Shown piece after piece: positions 40,441-50,362 of a DNA stretch of 64,000 bases. The position numbers were made by a program, and so were the translations under genes. Under the pieces are notes generated by a model. That model worked only from the letters and a program-made list of their open reading frames with translations, searched no databases and was not told where the DNA came from. This DNA is from Candidatus Krumholzibacteriia bacterium. Lineage in GTDB: Bacteria > Krumholzibacteriota > Krumholzibacteriia > Krumholzibacteriales > Krumholzibacteriaceae. The DNA is taken from positions 32,001-96,000 of the forward strand of contig CAWIIQ010000004.1 of NCBI GenBank assembly GCA_963836185.1, read 5' to 3'. Each line of letters opens with the position of its first letter. The stretch's first letter is position 1.

Positions 40441-40762
40441 ATGATAATCACGACTACGGATACGATACCCGGGAAGAAGAATAGCGAAGGTAGTCGGCCT
40501 GGTCAGGGGAAACACGATCAGGGCGAGGCATATCGGGCGCGACATACTTGCCGGCCTGCGCAACATCGCCGGCGGCGAGATCGTCGAGTACACGAAGATG
40601 GTCGCCGAATCGCGCGAGCAGTCGCTCGACAGGATGATCGCCGAGGCCGAGGCCAAGGGCGCCAACGCGATCGTGTGCCTGAGGTTTACGACAAACTCGA
40701 TGATGGACGGCGCGGCTGAGCTTCTCGCGTACGGCACCGGCGTCGTGGTGGAGGATGAATGA
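40441..40762 (+). CDS. YbjQ/UPF0145 family protein, frameshift near 40480
   Basis: MIITTTDTIPGKK, then in the shifted frame GLVRGNTIRARHIGRDILAGLRNIAGGE...GANAIVCLRF...LAYGTGV. Confidence 0.88.
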
Positions 40763-41610
40763 TAAGAGCGGGAGAGTTCGAGATAAGGGCCGTCGATACG
40801 GGCAGGTTCAGGCTCGACGGCGGCGCGATGTTCGGCGTGGTGCCGAAGGCGCTCTGGCAGAAGACCGATCCTGCCGATGACAGGAACAGGATCGATATGC
40901 ACATGAGGGCCCTCTACGCTGAAGGGGCGGGGCGCAGGATCCTCGTCGACAGCGGGGCCGGAACGAAGCTCGACGACAAGATGGTCGATATCTACGAGAT
41001 GAAGTGCGATCCGTTGAGGGAAGTGCTCGAGGACCACGGGATAGATCCCGATTCGATCACCGACGCTGTCGCCACGCATCTGCATTTCGATCACGGCGGC
41101 GGATATACATACTACGACGAGTCCGGGAGAACTGGCCCTGGCGCTTCCCAACGCTACGCACCACGTGCAGCGGAGGCAGTGGGAGGCGGCTACCGGCCCG
41201 AACGAGAAGGACCGGGCGAGCTTCTATTCCCGAGAATTTCCTGCCGGTCGAGAAGGCGGGAAAGCTGAACCTGATCGACGGGGAGAGCGAGATAATTCCC
41301 GGGGTCCGCGTCGTTCCGACTGAAGGGCATACGCCGGGGCACCAGGTAGTGCTCTTCGGCGAAGGGCGAGGGAACGGTCATGTACTGCGGCGATCTGATC
41401 CCGCTCGCGTCCCATGTCAATCTTCCCTGGATAATGGCATACGACCATTTTCCGCTCAGCACCCTCGAGGAGAAAAGAAAACTTCTCGGAGAGGCGGCCG
41501 ACGGGGAGTGGATCCTCTTCTTCGAGCACGATCCGGCGATCGCCGCCTGCCGAGTCATCAGGAACGACAAGGGCAGGTTCGAGATCTCCGGTACCGTCGA
41601 GACAGGATAA
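40759..41610 (+). CDS. YtnP-like MBL-fold hydrolase (lactonase family), three frameshifts
   Basis: FRLDGGAMFGVVPKALW, THLHFDHGGG, GHTPGHQ, GDLIP, WIMAYD, FFEHD spread over three frames. Confidence 0.85.
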
Positions 41611-41615
41611 CCCGT

Positions 41616-42178
41616 TTGGTAGACGACATTCTCATGAAGCGGGTCAAGGAGGGCGACACCGATGCCTTCCGTCAGCTCGTCGAGAGATACAAGGGCGAGA
41701 TATACAACTACTTCATCAGGTCCACCGGATCCGATAGAGGATTCGGAGGACCTGACACAGCAGTGCTTTGTCAATCTATACAACAGCCTCGAAACATATC
41801 GCAGGAAGCGCCTCGATCAGGACATTTCTCTACCGTATCGCCACTAATCTGGCGATCAGTTTCTCGAGAAAACGGAAATCGCCACTTTCCCTCGATATCC
41901 TCGTCGAGGGGGGGTACGATCCGGCCTCCCAGTCATCGACCGATAGCCCGGAGGATCTAGCGTATGCGAGAGAGCTTCAGAAGGCATACCTCGACGCCCT
42001 GGCGAAGCTGCCGGCGGAATGGTCCCTGATCCTCGACCTGAGGATCGGGAAGGAACTATCTTACAAGGAAATAGCTGATTCCGTGGGCCGGAGCACATCT
42101 TCGGTAGAGTCGATCCTCTTCCGGGCGCGCGAAAGACTATCCGAGGAGATGGCACCGTACATCGGAGGCGAAGAATAA
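41616..42178 (+). CDS. ECF RNA polymerase sigma factor, two frameshifts (~41733, ~41805)
   Basis: GDTDAFRQLVERY, EDLTQQCF, RTFLYRIATN, LSYKEIADSVG..SVESILFRAR. Confidence 0.85.
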
Positions 42179-42203
42179 TTATTAGTAATATGGTCAGATA
42201 TTG

Positions 42204-42229
42204 TGCAAGAAAAAGACTTTTGATGCGTT
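42204..42229 (+). promoter_or_regulatory. Candidate ECF promoter for the anti-sigma/sensor/Spy-like genes
   Basis: TGCAAG-N16-CGTT in an AT-rich gap downstream of the sigma gene. Confidence 0.4.
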
Positions 42230-42253
42230 AATATATTCAGGAAAGGGAGTTCT

Positions 42254-42589
42254 ATGGATCGCAAGGATTTCGATACGATCACCCGGATACATTCCGGGCT
42301 GCCGCAGCTCGAACCGGCGCCGGATCTTACCGACAGGATCATGGCCGGTATCGAAGCGGGCGGGACAGGACGTACAGGCTGGATGTGGCGTGTGCTTGTT
42401 CCTGCCGCTGCCGCCCTGTTTGTGCTGCTCGGCATCAGGATCGGTACGCAGCTGATGGATGCGTATTTCGAAGAGCCGGAGGTAAGGCACGCCGAGGTCA
42501 CCGGACTGGAGTATCTCGAGGCTTATCCTCCCGATTCGTTCGGCGAAGCCATGGAACTTGCCGCTGAGGGAGGGGATGATGATGAGTAA
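42254..42589 (+). CDS. Single-TM putative anti-sigma factor
   Basis: PxPDLTDRIMA motif, one TM, short acidic periplasmic tail; follows an ECF sigma gene. Confidence 0.6.
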   Translation: MDRKDFDTITRIHSGLPQLEPAPDLTDRIMAGIEAGGTGRTGWMWRVLVPAAAALFVLLGIRIGTQLMDAYFEEPEVRHAEVTGLEYLEAYPPDSFGEAMELAAEGGDDDE

Positions 42590-43097
42590 GAGGACACTGA
42601 AAGCAATACTCGTCGTTTCGCTCGCGTTCAATCTGGCTGTAGTCGCCACCGTGGCAGTCGGCTACGCTATCCGCGAGGCGGATACCGCAGGCCAGGCCGA
42701 CGGCGGGAAGATCCCGATCGACGATCACGGAAAGGCTCTTTCGAAGTGCATCGGCCTCTCTGGAAAACAGGCCAAGTGCTTCGAGGATGTCATGACCGGG
42801 ACGAGCGAAGAAGCCGGTTTGATCAAGACGGAGCTGGAAAAGGAGAGGGACGACCTCTTCCATCTGCTCCAGGCCAGGGAGCCCGACGAGCAGGCGATAA
42901 TGGTGAAGGTCGAGTCGATAGCGGCCCTGCAGGGCCAGCTCGAAAAGCTCCTCGTAAAGAGACTGCTCGATTCAAGGGAAGTGCTGTCGCCCGAGGAGGA
43001 CGAAAGACTCCTCTACCTGATTCGCTGCAGCATGAGGCCCGGTTGTGTTGGTAAAGCAAATTGTCCGTACCAGAATGGAAAGGAAGGATCCGAATGA
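42582..43097 (+). CDS. Periplasmic heavy-metal sensor (CnrX/ZraP/Spy-CpxP-like)
   Basis: LVVSLAFNLAV anchor, helical body PDEQAIMVKVESI, VLSPEE, Cys cluster at the C-terminus. Confidence 0.75.
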   Translation: MSKRTLKAILVVSLAFNLAVVATVAVGYAIREADTAGQADGGKIPIDDHGKALSKCIGLSGKQAKCFEDVMTGTSEEAGLIKTELEKERDDLFHLLQAREPDEQAIMVKVESIAALQGQLEKLLVKRLLDSREVLSPEEDERLLYLIRCSMRPGCVGKANCPYQNGKEGSE

Positions 43098-43657
43098 AGA
43101 AGTTCGCAGCTTTGTTTATCGTAGCGATTCTCGTCGTCTCTTTCGCGTCGGTTTCGGCGCAGGAGAAGAAGGCATGTGCGAGTTCATGCAAGAGCACAGC
43201 ACTCGACTCGGAGACAAAGGTCAAGGTCGAGAAGCTCAAGCTTCAGTACGAACTCGATATGGTCGACGTAGATGCCGAGAAGGGCAAGCTTCACGAGGCC
43301 CTGATGGCAGAACTCATGAAGGAAGACGCCTCCTCCAAGTCGATCGACAAGATCGCCAAGTCGATAAATACGAACCGCAGCAAGGCGCTCAGCCTCAAGA
43401 TGGACTACCTGCTTAAGGTCAAGAAGACTGTTCCGCCCGAGTATTTCAACAAGTTCATCACGAAGGGCCACGGCTGCGCACCCGGCTGCACGAAGCCATG
43501 CTGTGCGAAGAAGAGCTCCGGCTGCAAGTCGTCATGCTCCTCGAAGGGCGCTTCGAAATGCTCCAAGGCCGGCACCGAGGGCCACACCTGCACATCGGCC
43601 TGCACGACAGCTTCTGCGGGCTGCTCGACACCCTGCAGTGTCAAGGTCAAGAAGTAG
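43094..43657 (+). CDS. Exported Spy/CpxP/ZraP-like helical protein with Cys-rich metallothionein-like tail
   Basis: Signal peptide (VSA-Q), helical core, KKTVPPEYF, then 11 Cys and 2 His in the last ~63 aa. Confidence 0.7.
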   Translation: MKKFAALFIVAILVVSFASVSAQEKKACASSCKSTALDSETKVKVEKLKLQYELDMVDVDAEKGKLHEALMAELMKEDASSKSIDKIAKSINTNRSKALSLKMDYLLKVKKTVPPEYFNKFITKGHGCAPGCTKPCCAKKSSGCKSSCSSKGASKCSKAGTEGHTCTSACTTASAGCSTPCSVKVKK

Positions 43658-43683
43658 GGCCGTCTGAAAATTGAGATGATCCG

Positions 43684-43713
43684 GGAGGAGGCTTCAGGCC
43701 TCCTCCTTTTTTT
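43684..43713 (+). terminator. Rho-independent terminator
   Basis: GGAGGAGGC-ttcag-GCCTCCTCC plus T7. Confidence 0.88.
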
Positions 43714-43721
43714 GTCCTGGT

Positions 43722-45050
43722 CTATGTTGTCAGCAGGTAGCGTACGAGCAGGTATCCGCTCGCGAGGACGATCGACAAGATCATCATGGGAAATCCGTAG
43801 CGGAAATAATTACGGAAGTTGAGCGGGCTCTTCGTCTTCTCGCTGAACCCGGCTATTACTACGTTCGCCGAGGCGCCGACCAGCGTGCCGTTCCCTCCGA
43901 GGCATGCTCCCAGCGCAAGGCTCCACCAGAGCGGCATCGCCTGTTTCATCAGCCAGAGATGGTACGCAGCCTCGTCCAGGCCCTCGGTGTTCGGGAAGAG
44001 GGCCGTACTGATCCTCATCATAAGGGGGATCATCGCCGCGACAAACGGGATGTTATCGAGGAAGGCCGACGCGATCGCCGAGACCCAGAGGATGGCGAGG
44101 CAGAGGAGGGTGAGGTTGCTCGTCATGGCGAGGACCCTGCCTGCGAGAAACTCGAGGACCCCGGTCTTTTCCAGGCCGCCGACGAGAACGAAGAGGCCCA
44201 TGAAGAAGAACAGGGTCGTCCACTCGATCTCACCGAGTCTCTTCTCTATATCCGTTTCGCTCCAGATCAGCAGAATCCCGCCTCCGGCCAGAGCGATAGT
44301 CGCGGGCTCCAGGTGCAGCCATCCGTGAACGAGAAATCCTGCTATTGTCATCCCGAGCACTATGAGGCTCCGCTTAAGAAGGATGGGATCTTTTATTACC
44401 TTCGTCTCGTCCATCCCGGCGATCGTCTGGCGCATCGATTCTCCCCCCGTGGTGAGCTGTTTCCTGAAGATGATCTTCAGAAGCAGGAGGGTCACGATGA
44501 GCACGACGATCGAGATCGGGCCGAGGTGGACCACGAAATCGAGAAATGAGAGGCCGGTGGCAGAGCCGATCAGGATGTTGGGAGGATCGCCGATAAGGGT
44601 CGCGGTCCCGCCGATGTTGGCTGCCAGTATCTCCGCGATGAGGAAGGGGAAGGGAGTGATATCGAGCATCTCGGCGATCAGTATCGTGATAGGAGCTATC
44701 AGGAGGACCGTCGTGACATTGTCGAGAAGGGCGGAGGCGATCGCAGTAAAGACCGCGAACCAGAGCAGTATCTTCCATGCGTTTCCGCCAGACTTCTTCG
44801 CTATCGTGATGGCGAACCAGGTGAAGACACCCGTCTCCTTCAGGACGCTGATAAGGAGCATCATCCCGGTGAGGAGGCCTATCGTGTTGAAGTCGATGAA
44901 ATCGAAGGCTTCATGCTGCGTGAGGATATGGAAGACGATAAGGAGGACGCCTCCCATGAGGGCTATCTTCGTCCTGTGTATCTTCTCTGAGATGATGAAA
45001 AGGTAGGCCAGGAGAAAGATCGCGATCGCTGCTATAGTTCCGGGAGCCAC
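43722..45050 (-). CDS. ArsB/NhaD (P-protein-like) ion transporter
   Basis: SALLDNVTTVL, ANIGGTATLIGDPPNILI, SAFLDNIPF, LGGNGTLVGASANV. Confidence 0.92.
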   Translation of the reverse strand: MAPGTIAAIAIFLLAYLFIISEKIHRTKIALMGGVLLIVFHILTQHEAFDFIDFNTIGLLTGMMLLISVLKETGVFTWFAITIAKKSGGNAWKILLWFAVFTAIASALLDNVTTVLLIAPITILIAEMLDITPFPFLIAEILAANIGGTATLIGDPPNILIGSATGLSFLDFVVHLGPISIVVLIVTLLLLKIIFRKQLTTGGESMRQTIAGMDETKVIKDPILLKRSLIVLGMTIAGFLVHGWLHLEPATIALAGGGILLIWSETDIEKRLGEIEWTTLFFFMGLFVLVGGLEKTGVLEFLAGRVLAMTSNLTLLCLAILWVSAIASAFLDNIPFVAAMIPLMMRISTALFPNTEGLDEAAYHLWLMKQAMPLWWSLALGACLGGNGTLVGASANVVIAGFSEKTKSPLNFRNYFRYGFPMMILSIVLASGYLLVRYLLTT

Positions 45051-45502
45051 TAACTGCCTTCCATGTCGTAGATCGCCCGGCACACGTCGCCCAGACTTAT
45101 CATCCCGACGAGCCGCTGACTGCTCACTACAGGTAATCGGCGCAGCTGTATCTTGTGAAGAGCCGCTGCCGCCTTCATCACGCTCTCGGTCTCCTCGAGG
45201 GGCGTAACGTCCTCGCGCATCAGGTCCTCGGCGACGAGCAGCCTCTCCTCTACAGAGTAGGTGCTTCTCTCGAGGGCGCCGAAATCATGCAGGAAATCGA
45301 CGTTTCTTATCAGGTCGATATAATCGGGAAGAAAGATCAGGATGAAATCGTCTATCGTGATGATGCCCAAGAGGGTGCCGTCCTCGCCCGTTACGGGAAG
45401 GACCGATTCTCCCGTCTCGAAGAAGAGGCGCGCGATCTCACGCATCGGAGTATGAGGAGCGACGGTCCGGAAGTCCCTCTTCATATATTTGCTGATCTCC
45501 AT
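45050..45502 (-). CDS. CBS domain pair protein
   Basis: LPVTGEDGTLLGIIT, AEDLM, RRLPVV..LVGMIS. Confidence 0.9.
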   Translation of the reverse strand: MEISKYMKRDFRTVAPHTPMREIARLFFETGESVLPVTGEDGTLLGIITIDDFILIFLPDYIDLIRNVDFLHDFGALERSTYSVEERLLVAEDLMREDVTPLEETESVMKAAAALHKIQLRRLPVVSSQRLVGMISLGDVCRAIYDMEGS

Positions 45503-45514
45503 GAGCGGTTCCCG

Positions 45515-45979
45515 TCACAGGTACTTCTTCTCGGCCGATTCAACGAATGACTGGAATTCTTTCGCGTCGCGGCAGGCCATCATCCCTGTCCTCACCTCTT
45601 CGTGCTTGATCAGGCGGGAGATTCCGGCGAGAGCCTGGATATGAGGCCCGCACCGGTCCTTCGCCGATACCATTATGAAGAAGAGGTGTGAATCCTCGCC
45701 TTCGACGGACTCGAAATCTATCCCTTCGCGGGAGAGCCCGAAGGCCACGTACAGTTTGTCAACAGCTGAGGTCTTGGCGTGAGGTACGGCAAGACCCATC
45801 CCTATACCCGTGCTGGCCGTCGCCTCGCGGTTGCGGATCGCTTCGAGGATAGTATCTCGTTCCTTCAGGCGGTAGGCGGAACAGAGGAGGTCGACGAGTT
45901 CTTCGATCGCCTCGTCCTTTCCGGTCGACTTCATCTCCATCAGGATCGCTGATTTTTTTATCTCGGAAGACAGCTTCAT
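45515..45979 (-). CDS. PTS EIIA domain protein (PtsN/fructose-type)
   Basis: REATASTGIGMGLAVPHA (phospho-His), GIDFES, HIQALAGISRL. Confidence 0.9.
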   Translation of the reverse strand: MKLSSEIKKSAILMEMKSTGKDEAIEELVDLLCSAYRLKERDTILEAIRNREATASTGIGMGLAVPHAKTSAVDKLYVAFGLSREGIDFESVEGEDSHLFFIMVSAKDRCGPHIQALAGISRLIKHEEVRTGMMACRDAKEFQSFVESAEKKYL

Positions 45980-46024
45980 CTTGGATTTCCAGTCGCTTTC
46001 GGGGCCTGTTCCCCGAAGGCAGTA

Positions 46025-46053
46025 AAGTTAGTCGACGGTGCCATTAAAGTCAA
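46025..46053 (-). promoter_or_regulatory. sigma70-type promoter for EIIA-CBS-transporter
   Basis: Minus strand TTGACT-17 nt-TAACTT. Confidence 0.5.
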
Positions 46054-46057
46054 CGCA

Positions 46058-46729
46058 TTACCAGATCGCTACGCCGGCGGTGAAGTAGAAATACATCCCG
46101 CTGTAGTCCAGGACGACCGGCTCGCCCGTTCCCGTGAACTCGGGCGTGTTGCCGTACTTGTCCTCGAAGCCGTCGACCTTGAGGCTTCTGTATCCGAGAG
46201 TGAATCCGACCTGGACCGGATTGAGGAAGTTCGTGTTGATCTCCCCGTAGATATCCCATCCGTAATCGTTGGATTTGTACTCGATGTACCTGCCGTCCTG
46301 GTCAGTGCCGTAGACTACCTTGGCGAAGTCTCCCTTCAAGCCGGCATTGATATCTATGACCTTGGGGACCCTGTAGATATGCAGGACCCCGCCGAGCGAG
46401 AGTATATCGGCGGGCATCTTGTATGTGACATAGTTCGTTGAGCCGATAGGCATATTGTAATCGGCCCACAGATGCTCGTACCCGACTGACGCGGCGAAAC
46501 GTCCGAACATCCAGACCCTTCCATCGAGCATGACATTGAACTCGCTGTCGAAATCATCGAATTCGAGACCGTATTGCTCGCGTATAGCCTGGACATGCGC
46601 GTCGAACTCCGACATCGAATAGTAGCCGATGCCGACGCCGCCCTTGACCTCGAACCCGATCGGAAATGCCGCCGCTGCCGATGGTACGAGTATCACCACT
46701 GCCAGCGCCGCGGCTATCAGTCGCTTCAT
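46058..46729 (-). CDS. Putative outer-membrane beta-barrel protein
   Basis: Signal peptide, alternating amphipathic strands, C-terminal aromatic residue (FTAGVAIW). Confidence 0.65.
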   Translation of the reverse strand: MKRLIAAALAVVILVPSAAAAFPIGFEVKGGVGIGYYSMSEFDAHVQAIREQYGLEFDDFDSEFNVMLDGRVWMFGRFAASVGYEHLWADYNMPIGSTNYVTYKMPADILSLGGVLHIYRVPKVIDINAGLKGDFAKVVYGTDQDGRYIEYKSNDYGWDIYGEINTNFLNPVQVGFTLGYRSLKVDGFEDKYGNTPEFTGTGEPVVLDYSGMYFYFTAGVAIW

Positions 46730-47878
46730 CCCTGGCCCCTTTCCTTGAGATAGTTCTCCAGCCTGTCCATTCCTTCTTTTATGTTTTCCAGCGAGTTGGC
46801 GTATGATATCCGCAGATGTCCCTCGCCTCTTTCACCGAAATCGATTCCCGGCGTCAGCGCTACCCCGGCCCTTTCCAGGATATCGAAAGCGAGGCGGAAC
46901 GAGTCGGGATCGATGTGGTCGGTCCTGACGAAAATATAGAACGCTCCCTTCGGCTCGACGGCGTACTCGAGACCCAGTGCGGGGAGCCTTTCGAGAAGGT
47001 ATCGCCTTCTCCGGTCATATTTTTCTATCATCGCCGGGAATCTCGGGATGCTCTGTGTCGAGGGCGGTGACCGCGGCCTTCTGCACGAACGAGCTGGGCG
47101 ATATGAAGAAATTCTGCTGGAGGATCTGCATCTGCCGGATCCTCTCTTCCGGCATTATGACATATCCGAGTCTCCAGCCCGTCATGGCGAACAGTTTCGA
47201 AAAGCCGTTGAGCACCCATGCCTCTTTCGTAAACTCGAGAGCGCTGTGTTCCTTCTCGCCATAGACGAGGCCATGATATATCTCGTCGCTTACTACCGGC
47301 AGCCCGAGCCGGCAGATCTCCTCGAGATCGCCCGGCGCGATGAGTGTGCCCATAGGATTGGCGGGAGAGTTTATCACTACAGCTCTCGTAGCCGGCCCGA
47401 TCGCGGCCCTGACATCGTCCGGCCTGAGCTGGAAGCCGTCCTCTTCCCTGGTCGCGATGAAGCGGGGGGTCCCGCCGAGGTACCTTACGAAATTGGGATA
47501 GCACGGATAGCAGGGATTGCCGAGGATCACCTCGTCGCCGGGCCCGTCGACCATGCAGGACAGGACGAGGAGCAGTGCGGGAGAGACGCCCATCGTCACG
47601 AGGACCTGTGAGGGAGTCACACCGCAATCGTAGCGGCCGTTGTACCAGCGGGCAACCGCTTCGCGCAGCTCGGGGATCCCCCTGCTGTCGGTGTAGTGAG
47701 TGTCCCCGCTGTCGAGCGATCTCTTCGCCGCTTCAATGACGGCGGCAGGTGTATCGAAGTCAGGCTCGCCGATCTCCATGTGAATGATCGACCTGCCCTC
47801 GCGCTCGAGCTCCAGTGCCCTCTCGAGCACTTCCATGACTATGAACGGTTTTATCTCTCCGCACGCTGCACGGGTCAT
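46726..47878 (-). CDS. PLP-dependent aminotransferase class I/II, frameshift near 47035
   Basis: IGEPDF, NSPANPMG, SDEIY, GFSKLFAMTGWRLG; C-terminal half PKGAFY, TPGIDFG, LRISYA. Confidence 0.92.
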
Positions 47879-47970
47879 CGGCGCGGTCCTTTCACATTCA
47901 GACTATACTGGAGAATATAGCCTAAGCCGTGATAAAGTCAAACATATCACGGGTATGGAAGGAGTCTGAG

Positions 47971-48276
47971 ATGGCAGTGTGTTCCGTGACCGTCGTACCG
48001 GTCGGAACCGGCTCGACAAGCGTCAGTTCTTATGTCGCAAGGTGCCACGAGATACTGGCCGGCACCGGAGGGATCAAGTACAGGCTGACCCCGATGTCCA
48101 CGGTGATCGAAGGAGAGCTCGAGACTGTCCTGTCCACGGTAGCGAGGCTTCATGAGGTGCCGTTCGAGAAAGGCGCCATGAGGGTGCTGACCACGATGAT
48201 GATAGATGACCGCCGGGACAGGGAACTGACGATGGACGGCAAGATCTCGTCTGTAGAGGAAAAGCTCGGCGGATGA
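47971..48276 (+). CDS. MTH1187 family thiamine-binding protein
   Basis: VVPVGTGSTSVSSYV, YRLTPMSTVIEG, IDDRRD. Confidence 0.88.
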   Translation: MAVCSVTVVPVGTGSTSVSSYVARCHEILAGTGGIKYRLTPMSTVIEGELETVLSTVARLHEVPFEKGAMRVLTTMMIDDRRDRELTMDGKISSVEEKLGG

Positions 48277-48281
48277 TCCGG

Positions 48282-49049
48282 TCAGCGGCGGACCATCATC
48301 GCGAGGGTCCAGTTGCGTCCCGTTCTTCCACCATCGCGCCTGTACGAGAAAAGGCTGCTCTCACACGAGGTGCAGATGCCGGAGTCGAAGAAGTTGGCAG
48401 GGCTCACGCCTGCCCGCTCCGTCTCCGCCCGTATGAACCGGGGCAGGTCGAGGTGCCAGCTCTTCTTGCGGCGGATCCTCGCGTGCGCGGGAAGGCTCAT
48501 CGCCACGTCGCGGCCGACCTCGTAGCAGGCCGGGCATATCCCCGGGCCGCATATCGCCACGGTATTTCCCGCATCGATGCTGTACCTGTCGTACAGGATG
48601 CTGAAAGCCTTTTCGACTATTCCTTCCGCCGCTCCTGAGCGTCCGACGTGGAGCGCTGCGAGCACCATCTCGGACGGTGAATGTATTACCAGCGGGAAAC
48701 AGTCGGCGGAGTTTATCGCCAGTGAGAGATCTCTCGAAGTGGTGATGAAGCCGTCCGTATCATCGTACTTTCCGCCCCTTGCCACCGTCGCTATCCCTGT
48801 GCCGTGCACCTGTCCGCCTCTCGCGACACGGTTCGGTCCGATACCGAGAGCCTTTTTCAACCTGTTCCTGTTTTCGAGAACATCTCTCCGCATGTCGCCG
48901 ACATGGCTGCCCAGGTTGAGGGAATCGAAAGGCGGCATGCTAACGCCTCCGCTTCTCGTGGTGAACCAGACGCGCAGGGCGGGAGCAAGAGCCTCGAGCG
49001 CGGGGAAGGTGCCGACGCGGAGGCCGTTCTTTTCGTTCCATGCTATCAT
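48282..49049 (-). CDS. pgeF: YfiH/PgeF family (purine nucleoside phosphorylase/laccase-domain) protein
   Basis: FTTRSGGVS, SLNLG, QVHG, ADCFP, HVG, CYEVG, FSYRR. Confidence 0.88.
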   Translation of the reverse strand: MIAWNEKNGLRVGTFPALEALAPALRVWFTTRSGGVSMPPFDSLNLGSHVGDMRRDVLENRNRLKKALGIGPNRVARGGQVHGTGIATVARGGKYDDTDGFITTSRDLSLAINSADCFPLVIHSPSEMVLAALHVGRSGAAEGIVEKAFSILYDRYSIDAGNTVAICGPGICPACYEVGRDVAMSLPAHARIRRKKSWHLDLPRFIRAETERAGVSPANFFDSGICTSCESSLFSYRRDGGRTGRNWTLAMMVRR

Positions 49050-49139
49050 AGGTGATAAGTTCTGTTGACATGCCACCGCAGGTCAAGGAAAACTTGAGCG
49101 CCGGTCCGGTTCCGGCAACATCGAAAGGGAAGGATCGCT

Positions 49140-50303
49140 GTGAGATATTTGGAGGGATACAGATGCGGCAACTGCGAGAGGGTAGTGCCGGCAGGGTCCG
49201 CGGCCGGTGAGTGCCCCTCGTGCTCGGGCCCGCTTCTGGCTGTCTACGACCTCGGTCTGCTGGGCAGAAATGTGACCAGGGAGGAGTTCTACGGTCCGGG
49301 CGAAGGGATCTGGCGGTTCAGGGATCTTCTTCCGGTCTTTTCACGGGAGATATCGCTTGGTGAGGGGAATACGCCGATGCTCGAGGCACCGGTGCTTGCC
49401 GCCTCGGCAGGATGCGGGCATCTCTACATCAAGAACGAGGCGTTCAATCCGACCGGGTCGTTCAAGGCGCGCGGGATGGCAGCCGCTGTCTCGCGTCTCA
49501 TCGATCTGGGCGCCCGCACCGGGGTCATCCCCTCGGCGGGCAACGCCGGCCTGGCCCTGGCCGCCTATGGCGCAGCGGCAGGACTGGGAGCGAGGATATA
49601 CATACCGTCAGTCACTCCGGAAGGAGTGGAGGAGGAGTGCGCCGCGTACGGGGCCGATGTCAGGAGGATAGAGGGTATCCTCCCCGATGCCGGCAGGGCG
49701 ATGGCGGACGACGGGCTCGAGGAGGGCGAGTTCGCCATCAGCACGTTCAGGGAGCCTGGCAGGGTCGAGGGGAAGAAGACGATGGCCTTCGAGATAGAGG
49801 ACCGGCTCGACGGGCAGTCTCCACGCTGGATAATCTTTCCGACCGGCGGCGGCACCGGTGTCGTCGCTTTCTGGAAGGCATATCTCGAACTCGAGGAACT
49901 CGGTTGGCTCTCGGGAGAGAAACCGCGGATCGTCGCCGTCCAGTCCGAAGGATGCGCTCCTGTTGTGAAGGCATTCGAGGCTGGAGCGGAGATTATGGAG
50001 ACCTGGGCCGATCCGGTCACGATCGCCTCGGGGATCAGGGTGCCCGGTTCGAGGGCCGACCGGCAGGTGCTCCGTGCGCTGCGTGAGACCGGGGGGACGG
50101 CGGTAGCCGTTTCAGATGAAGCGATCCTCTATGCCGGGCGAGTAATGGCACGCCTTGCGGGGATATTCCCGGCGCCGGAGGGCGCGGCTACGCTGGCGGG
50201 GCTGATTAAGCTTACAGCCGCTGGAACGATCGGGCCTGAAGATACGGTCGTAATAGTCAACACCGCAGACTGGACAAGATACAGGTTCCTGCTCGATGGC
50301 TGA
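49140..50303 (+). CDS. thrC: Threonine synthase (zinc-ribbon type)
   Basis: CxxC..CxxC, SLGEGNTP, NPTGSFKARG, SAGNAG, EGKKT, PTGGGTG. Confidence 0.8.
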   Translation: MRYLEGYRCGNCERVVPAGSAAGECPSCSGPLLAVYDLGLLGRNVTREEFYGPGEGIWRFRDLLPVFSREISLGEGNTPMLEAPVLAASAGCGHLYIKNEAFNPTGSFKARGMAAAVSRLIDLGARTGVIPSAGNAGLALAAYGAAAGLGARIYIPSVTPEGVEEECAAYGADVRRIEGILPDAGRAMADDGLEEGEFAISTFREPGRVEGKKTMAFEIEDRLDGQSPRWIIFPTGGGTGVVAFWKAYLELEELGWLSGEKPRIVAVQSEGCAPVVKAFEAGAEIMETWADPVTIASGIRVPGSRADRQVLRALRETGGTAVAVSDEAILYAGRVMARLAGIFPAPEGAATLAGLIKLTAAGTIGPEDTVVIVNTADWTRYRFLLDG

Positions 50304-50335
50304 AAAAAAGCCCCCGGACCTTTCGATCCGGGGGC
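50303..50335 (-). terminator. Terminator between convergent genes (U tract on the minus strand)
   Basis: A7-GCCCCCGGA..TCCGGGGGC. Confidence 0.75.
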
Positions 50336-50362
50336 CGTATCATATCTGTTTTTCGAAGGGGA

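Noticed and set aside
39974-42178. Apparent pseudogene cluster or programmed frameshifting
   Set aside because: There are no consistent slippery sites or stimulators, and the motifs are intact across frames. A low-quality consensus explains it best.
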